From assembly GCA_963706575.1 (NCBI GenBank), contig CAVPNL010000019.1:1-21594 (forward strand): a stretch of 21,594 nt of DNA. The letters run 5' to 3'. Below, one piece after another: positions 16,625 through 21,594 of the stretch. The DNA comes from an uncultured delta proteobacterium. Its GTDB lineage: Bacteria > Desulfobacterota > Desulfobacteria > Desulfobacterales > JAHEIW01. The position numbers and the translations under genes were made by a program. Each line of letters begins with the position of its first letter. Within the stretch, counting starts at the first letter, position 1. The notes beneath the pieces were generated by a model. It saw only the letters and a list, made by a program, of their open reading frames with translations. It searched no databases and was not told the DNA's origin.

Positions 16625-17602
16625 ATGAACCCAAACAACATGACGAAAAATAAAATAAAACTATCCGTAATCGTTCTTTTTTATTTCGGTGATCGCTGGA
16701 TAAAGGCGTGTGCCCAATCACTTGAAAAACAATCGCTTCCAAGGTCAAAGTATGAAGTCCTTCTGGTGGATAACGGGGGGTCAACCCCGTCAGTTAAAAA
16801 TTATGAGAACCGACCCCAGGTCAAAGTTCTGCATTTTGACCAGAATTTTGGTTTTGCCGGTGGTAATAACAAAGCATTAGCCCATGTGAATGGTGACATT
16901 ATTTTACTAATGAATCAGGATGTTGTCGTTCACTTCAATTGTCTCGAAGAAATATTGGTTGCCTTCGAAGATAATCCCCAGGCCGGTATTGTTTCGGCGA
17001 ATATGTTGATGATATCGTCTGATGATCATCCGGACCAACACGCAGCGATTGGCAAAATGGTAGGACAATACAAGCTAACACGCTTGGGTTATGCATCCTA
17101 TTCTATTCAGGAAACTGATGCGGATATAATACCCGTTGAATTTGTATCCGGCAACGCCATGGGTTTTAGGAGACATCTCCTTAATGATGTCGGAAATTAT
17201 TTATTTGATGCCAGACTGAAAAGTTATGCCGAGGATTTGGATCTATCCATCAGGCTAAAAAAAACGAAATGGGGAATGTACGTACGCCCAAAGGCTGTTG
17301 TATATCACTATCGCGATGAGGCTTTCTCCGGAAGTTTGCTGTACCGGTTTAAAAAATTGACGCATATATCCAGTAACCGTTTATGGGTTTATTTTAAAAA
17401 TTATTCATGGGGCAAATTTTTAGTCAAATTGCCTGCGCTTTTATGGGGAATTCCGTCTAAGGTGGGTCGGCTGGATGCTGATCGCAAATTTCACACAGGA
17501 AAATTTGTAGTTGCCTTTGTATTAATACCATATATTTTTATTTATTTCTGTTTCAGGGCATTTCAATTATCAAAGAGCCCAAAGCATCTCGAATTTATCT
17601 GA
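16625..17602 (+). CDS. Family 2 glycosyltransferase (rhamnosyltransferase-like subgroup)
   Basis: LSVIVL, EVLLVDNGGS, NFGFAGGNN, LLMNQDV, VSGNAM, YAEDLDLSIR, VYHY; hydrophobic C-terminus. Confidence 0.9.
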   Translation: MNPNNMTKNKIKLSVIVLFYFGDRWIKACAQSLEKQSLPRSKYEVLLVDNGGSTPSVKNYENRPQVKVLHFDQNFGFAGGNNKALAHVNGDIILLMNQDVVVHFNCLEEILVAFEDNPQAGIVSANMLMISSDDHPDQHAAIGKMVGQYKLTRLGYASYSIQETDADIIPVEFVSGNAMGFRRHLLNDVGNYLFDARLKSYAEDLDLSIRLKKTKWGMYVRPKAVVYHYRDEAFSGSLLYRFKKLTHISSNRLWVYFKNYSWGKFLVKLPALLWGIPSKVGRLDADRKFHTGKFVVAFVLIPYIFIYFCFRAFQLSKSPKHLEFI

Positions 17603-17606
17603 GCAA

Positions 17607-18593
17607 ATGAATCGATCAAAACCAAAGTGGAAGGGGTTGCTAAAATTCCTTGGCCCTATTTTTTTTATTTTCATTATCATCCGAGTTGTCGACCCCAAAG
17701 CTGCCATAGCGCTTATCAAAGAAATCGATCCAGGATTAGCATTAACGAGCATTCTCTTAACTCCGTTTATAATTGCCATACTGACTTTCAGGTGGTGGGT
17801 CATATGCCAACGCTTGGGGATCGCATCTTCTGTAACAAGGCTTTTTCAGATAAATTACATCTCCTGGTTCCTCAGCGTCGCTCCTTTGGTGGGCGTCTCT
17901 GCCCTGGCAAAAATTCTCTACCTTAAAGAGGAAGGCAGACCTGCCGGTAAGACCGCGCTTTCAGTGACCCTGGACAAATTATTCGATGTTTTCGGTCAAG
18001 TATTTTTTAGTTTTTTTGCATTGATATATTTCCCCGAGATCTTCCTCAAAGATATGCATCGTTGGATTCTTTTCGCCACCGGGTTCATAGCAATAATTTT
18101 TGTTTTAATATTTTGGAGCAAACTATGGTCGCTGGCAATGGAGATTCTGAAGCGATATAGTGGTAAAAGAATTCAAAGGATTGGGGAAAATCTGGAAAAT
18201 GAACTTTCAGAATTCTGGTCGCGATTCGATTTGAACTTTCTAACAAAAATCCTTGCCATTTCGATTGCTTTAGGACTTATCCGGTCGCTGGTTCTTTACC
18301 TGCTGGCGATTTCATTGAATATCACTGTAAGTTTTATCTTTATAATTGCATGCAGAGCCCTGATTGGCATCGTCAATGCAATTCCTGTCTCCATAAATGG
18401 CTTGGGAACGCGCGATGCGATTCTTTTGTTTGCACTTCCGCTCGTGGGCGTTTCCAAAGAAGCAGCAATCGCCCTTGGCTTTGTTGCTTTTTTATGGACG
18501 ATCGGTTCCAAGTTTTCGGGCGTCGTTTTTTGGTTCAAACATCCGCTGCCGGTTAGCGGAATGAATTCAATTAAAAACAAACGGATCCCATGA
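17607..18593 (+). CDS. UPF0104 / lysylphosphatidylglycerol-synthase-TM flippase-like membrane protein
   Basis: About 8 hydrophobic helices, RW after TM2, SVTLDKLFD, IPVSINGLGTRDA. Confidence 0.85.
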   Translation: MNRSKPKWKGLLKFLGPIFFIFIIIRVVDPKAAIALIKEIDPGLALTSILLTPFIIAILTFRWWVICQRLGIASSVTRLFQINYISWFLSVAPLVGVSALAKILYLKEEGRPAGKTALSVTLDKLFDVFGQVFFSFFALIYFPEIFLKDMHRWILFATGFIAIIFVLIFWSKLWSLAMEILKRYSGKRIQRIGENLENELSEFWSRFDLNFLTKILAISIALGLIRSLVLYLLAISLNITVSFIFIIACRALIGIVNAIPVSINGLGTRDAILLFALPLVGVSKEAAIALGFVAFLWTIGSKFSGVVFWFKHPLPVSGMNSIKNKRIP

Positions 18594-18667
18594 CCCGATA
18601 TGATGGGTATGAGGCAAATGATCTGATTTAAACAAAACGTGCTTGTTTTGATTACGGAATTCGAATT

Positions 18668-19630
18668 TTGAAGTTGAACGACTCGAAAAATATCCCAATT
18701 ATCATGATTATTGGACCTCCTCGCTCCGGGACCTCAATCCTGGGCAGGGTTTTAGACCAGCATCCTTTGATTTCTACCTGGGTAGAACCTTACTATATCT
18801 GGGAGCATCATTTCAGAGACGCGCATGATGATGAAGTGACGCTTGAACAGGCAACCGAAGAAATCCGGTTTTGGATCCGAAGGGCCTTTACCAAATACTT
18901 GAAGGTGCGTCGAGTTGAATACGTTGTCGATAAGTCGCCTCGCAACTGTTTAAAATTGCCTTTTATCCAAAAAATTTTTCCGGAGGCTTACTATATCTTT
19001 ATTTTAAGAGATGGCCGTGACACCATTCTTTCAATATTATCGCAGTGGGAAAGAAAAAAAGAAATTTTCGTAAAAGATAGCGGCCGTGGCCAATGGAGGA
19101 ATCGGGTATATATATTCAGGCGGTGGTTGAGTCGCAGGCCGACTTGGCAATTCAGTCTGCAATCGATTCTTTTTGAACTGGGGCCACCCAAGAATTGGCT
19201 AAAGAGGCAATTTTTAAACGATATCCGATGGGATGGTAGATTTGGTTGGGGTCCACGCTTTAAGCACTGGCAAAAATTTATTGACCGGGTAACCCCTCTG
19301 GAATTCTGTGCCTATCAATGGGTTCACTGTGCCAGAGGTATTTTGGATAATATTTCATTAATCCCTGAAAATCAGCGCTTTATTCTTAAATATGAAGATT
19401 TTATTCGTGATCCGCAGTCATCTATTAAGAATCTATTCTCCTTCTTAAAAATAGATTTACCGGATGGATACATGGATGCGTTGCCTCAAATCTGGGCGGA
19501 CAACTCAAACAAATGGTGCGAAGCATTCTCATCCACCGAATTAAAACGGATCGGCCCGATCATCGGTCAGACGATGAAAGAAATGGGTTACGAAAACGAT
19601 GCGTCATGGTACGTTGGTCTTGACTCATGA
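18668..19630 (+). CDS. PAPS-dependent sulfotransferase 2
   Basis: IIGPPRSGTSILGRVLDQHP, VDKSPRN, ILRDGRDTILS, LKYEDFIRDP, terminal MGY; TTG start. Confidence 0.9.
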   Translation: MKLNDSKNIPIIMIIGPPRSGTSILGRVLDQHPLISTWVEPYYIWEHHFRDAHDDEVTLEQATEEIRFWIRRAFTKYLKVRRVEYVVDKSPRNCLKLPFIQKIFPEAYYIFILRDGRDTILSILSQWERKKEIFVKDSGRGQWRNRVYIFRRWLSRRPTWQFSLQSILFELGPPKNWLKRQFLNDIRWDGRFGWGPRFKHWQKFIDRVTPLEFCAYQWVHCARGILDNISLIPENQRFILKYEDFIRDPQSSIKNLFSFLKIDLPDGYMDALPQIWADNSNKWCEAFSSTELKRIGPIIGQTMKEMGYENDASWYVGLDS

Positions 19631-19669
19631 ATACAATACTTTTTTTGTGTAGTGAAGAGAACCTAACAT

Positions 19670-20602
19670 ATGAAAAAACCTAACCTTTTTATTGTTGGAC
19701 ACCCAAGATCAGGTACATCATCACTGCATTCTTATTTGAAGCAGCATCCAGAAATATTCATGACGGTAATTAAGGAGCCCAATTACTTTGCCCATGATTT
19801 TCGTCTCGAAAGTGATAATTTCCACAAGAAAAAATTGTATTTTCCATTTAGATCAGAAAGACAATACTTAAGGCTTTATAAAAAATGGACAAATGAAAAG
19901 ATAGCAGGAGAAGCATCGGCAACGAATTTATGCTCGAAAGTATCCGCTCAAGAGATAAAGCGTTTTAATCCGGCTGCTAAAATTATTATGATGTTCAGGG
20001 AACCGGTTGAATTTTTGCATTCATTTCATTCAGCAGCAAGATTTGCACTCGGCGAGCATTTTGAAGATTTTAAAACAGCTATGGCGGCTGAAAAAGAGAG
20101 AAGAGAAGGACGGGGTTTTGCCAAGCGGGTCATCACGCCTTCATGGTTATTCTATTCTGAATTTATAAAATATACAGAACAAATTCAAAGATTTTTAACC
20201 TATTTCGATCAAGCCCAAATCAAAATAATCATTTTCGATGACTTCAAGATCAATACCCCTGGAATTTACAAAGACGTTTTGGAATTTTTAAGTGTTGATC
20301 CAAATTTTCAACCGGCTTTTGATATCGTTAATCCCAACAAGCAGCTCAGATGGCCCCTTTTAAAAAAATACACCTTAGATTCTCCTTATTTCCGCAAAAC
20401 CTTGAGACTGTTTTTTTCCGACGACCTGTATGCCGAGCTGAAAAATTTTTATAAGGATAAAATAGTAAAACATGAACCCAGGACAGCTCTGGATGAAACA
20501 TTTAAAATTGAATTGATGAAAAAATTCAGGCTTGAAATTGAGAAATTAAGCGATTTTTTAAATAGAGATCTAGTTACGCTATGGGAGTATGATAAAGTTT
20601 GA
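19670..20602 (+). CDS. PAPS-dependent sulfotransferase 3
   Basis: KPNLFIVGHPRSGTSSLHSYLKQHPEIF, KEPNYF, GEAS, FREPVEFLHS; same subtype as sulfotransferase 1. Confidence 0.9.
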   Translation: MKKPNLFIVGHPRSGTSSLHSYLKQHPEIFMTVIKEPNYFAHDFRLESDNFHKKKLYFPFRSERQYLRLYKKWTNEKIAGEASATNLCSKVSAQEIKRFNPAAKIIMMFREPVEFLHSFHSAARFALGEHFEDFKTAMAAEKERREGRGFAKRVITPSWLFYSEFIKYTEQIQRFLTYFDQAQIKIIIFDDFKINTPGIYKDVLEFLSVDPNFQPAFDIVNPNKQLRWPLLKKYTLDSPYFRKTLRLFFSDDLYAELKNFYKDKIVKHEPRTALDETFKIELMKKFRLEIEKLSDFLNRDLVTLWEYDKV

Positions 20603-20651
20603 ACTTTAGATAATAAAGTCAATTGCAACAAAATATAACTTCGATACAGAA

Positions 20652-21594
20652 ATGAAAAATTCAAATCAAACTGCCGTTAAAAAACAGCACGGTGGTGAGG
20701 CACGCCCACCCAACAAATTTTCTCTGAATCCTTCAATTTTAAGAACAGCAGCAATGTTCCTGTGTTTCGCTATCCTGGGCTTTTTACTTTATTCCAATAC
20801 CTTTGAAAGCCCATTTATTTTTGATGATAACCGCAGAATTGTAGAAAATGAGAGCATTCGAATAACTGAGCTTAACGCGGAAAACCTGATTGAGGCCGCA
20901 TTTGGCAAACAATCTCCAAAGACACGAGCCATTGGCAATGTTACGTTTGCTTTAAATTATTACTTCAACCAGTACAACGTGGAAGGCTACCATCTTGTCA
21001 ATATCGTTATACACATTTTAGCCGGTATATTCCTCTTCATTTTTGTCCAAACCACCTTAAAGCTTCCTTCACTTAAAACTGAAGTTGATCACCCTTTCAT
21101 GGTTGCCTTTTTTGCGGCTTTGCTTTGGCTGGTTCATCCGATCCAAACCCAATCGGTTACCTATATCGTGCAGCGGATGAACAGTCTGGCAGCCCTGTTT
21201 TATATTCTTGCTTTTTGGCTCTATGTGAAAGGACGCCTTGCGGCGCAACCGGGCAAAAAATGGGGCTGGTTCGGCGGCGCTGCACTGGCATGGCTATTTG
21301 CACTGGGGAGCAAACAAAACGCTGCCACCTTGCCGTTTTTTGTTTTTCTTTACGAATGGTATTTTTTCCAGGATTTTAGCGCAACCTGGTTCAAATCAAA
21401 TCTGAAGTATCTGATGTTTGCTGTTGTTTTATTCGGTGTAGTCGCCCTTTTGTACCTGGGCCTGGAGCCCTGGGAAAAGATAGAGAAGTTGAAAGACTTT
21501 TCTAGAGGTGAATTTACCCTGGCCGAACGCATTTTGACCCAGCCCCGGGTCATTGTTTATTATTTGAGCCTTATTTTTTTCCCGCACCCATCCA
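20652..21594 (+). CDS. TMTC-like GT-C membrane glycosyltransferase, 3'-truncated (absent from ORF track)
   Basis: Manual translation from ATG 20652 is open to the window end: ...LLYSNTFESPFIFDDNRRIVEN...TFALNY...GYHLVNIVIH...LLWLVHPIQTQSVTYIVQRMNSL...ALGSKQNAATLP...TQPRVIVYYLSLIFFPHPS. FxFDD, YH..N...H, HP and SK motifs match the TMTC N-terminal domain. TPR repeats would lie outside the window. Confidence 0.88.
   Translation, partial: MKNSNQTAVKKQHGGEARPPNKFSLNPSILRTAAMFLCFAILGFLLYSNTFESPFIFDDNRRIVENESIRITELNAENLIEAAFGKQSPKTRAIGNVTFALNYYFNQYNVEGYHLVNIVIHILAGIFLFIFVQTTLKLPSLKTEVDHPFMVAFFAALLWLVHPIQTQSVTYIVQRMNSLAALFYILAFWLYVKGRLAAQPGKKWGWFGGAALAWLFALGSKQNAATLPFFVFLYEWYFFQDFSATWFKSNLKYLMFAVVLFGVVALLYLGLEPWEKIEKLKDFSRGEFTLAERILTQPRVIVYYLSLIFFPHPS

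Noticed and set aside
20690..20714. CGGTGGTGAGGCACGCCCACCCAAC as a decayed REP in the TMTC-like N-terminus
   Set aside because: Single, weak palindrome with no second copy in the window.
21125..21553. ORF-track entries 21125..21379 (+) and 21350..21553 (-)
   Set aside because: Both lie inside the TMTC-like frame starting at 20652.
1..21594. tRNA, rRNA, riboswitch, prophage or defence genes
   Set aside because: None recognised by eye; a covariance-model search (Infernal/Rfam, tRNAscan) would be needed to exclude small RNAs.

Overview
Bacterial chromosomal window, probably Desulfobacterota/Desulfobacterales-like (inferred from gene families and synteny, not proven). Left: a 5'-truncated FG-GAP/VCBS-repeat protein gene broken by four single-base indels, then a minus-strand porin-like gene with its own promoter and terminator. 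Middle (minus strand): housekeeping run argS - SPOR protein - gatC - gatA (one frameshift) - 60-aa protein - mutL, interrupted by two small nuclease genes, each bracketed by its own repeat family (a RAYT with GTGG-type REPs, and a GxxExxY PD-(D/E)XK protein with 36-bp inverted repeats). Right (plus strand, more AT-rich): a glycosylation cluster with a 4,6-dehydratase, UDP-sulfoquinovose synthase, DUF2304-GT2 fusion, second GT2, UPF0104 flippase-like protein, three sulfotransferases and a 3'-truncated TMTC-like GT-C missed by the ORF track. Almost every intergenic gap from 1.6 to 13.3 kb holds a miniature repeat element. Best candidates for novelty: (1) the GxxExxY gene as a repeat-associated mobile unit with a gene-less copy nearby, (2) a sulfoquinovose plus sulfate, lipid-carrier-based glycosylation pathway, (3) 7-bp arrays translated inside mutL, (4) a triple-nested REP/MITE.
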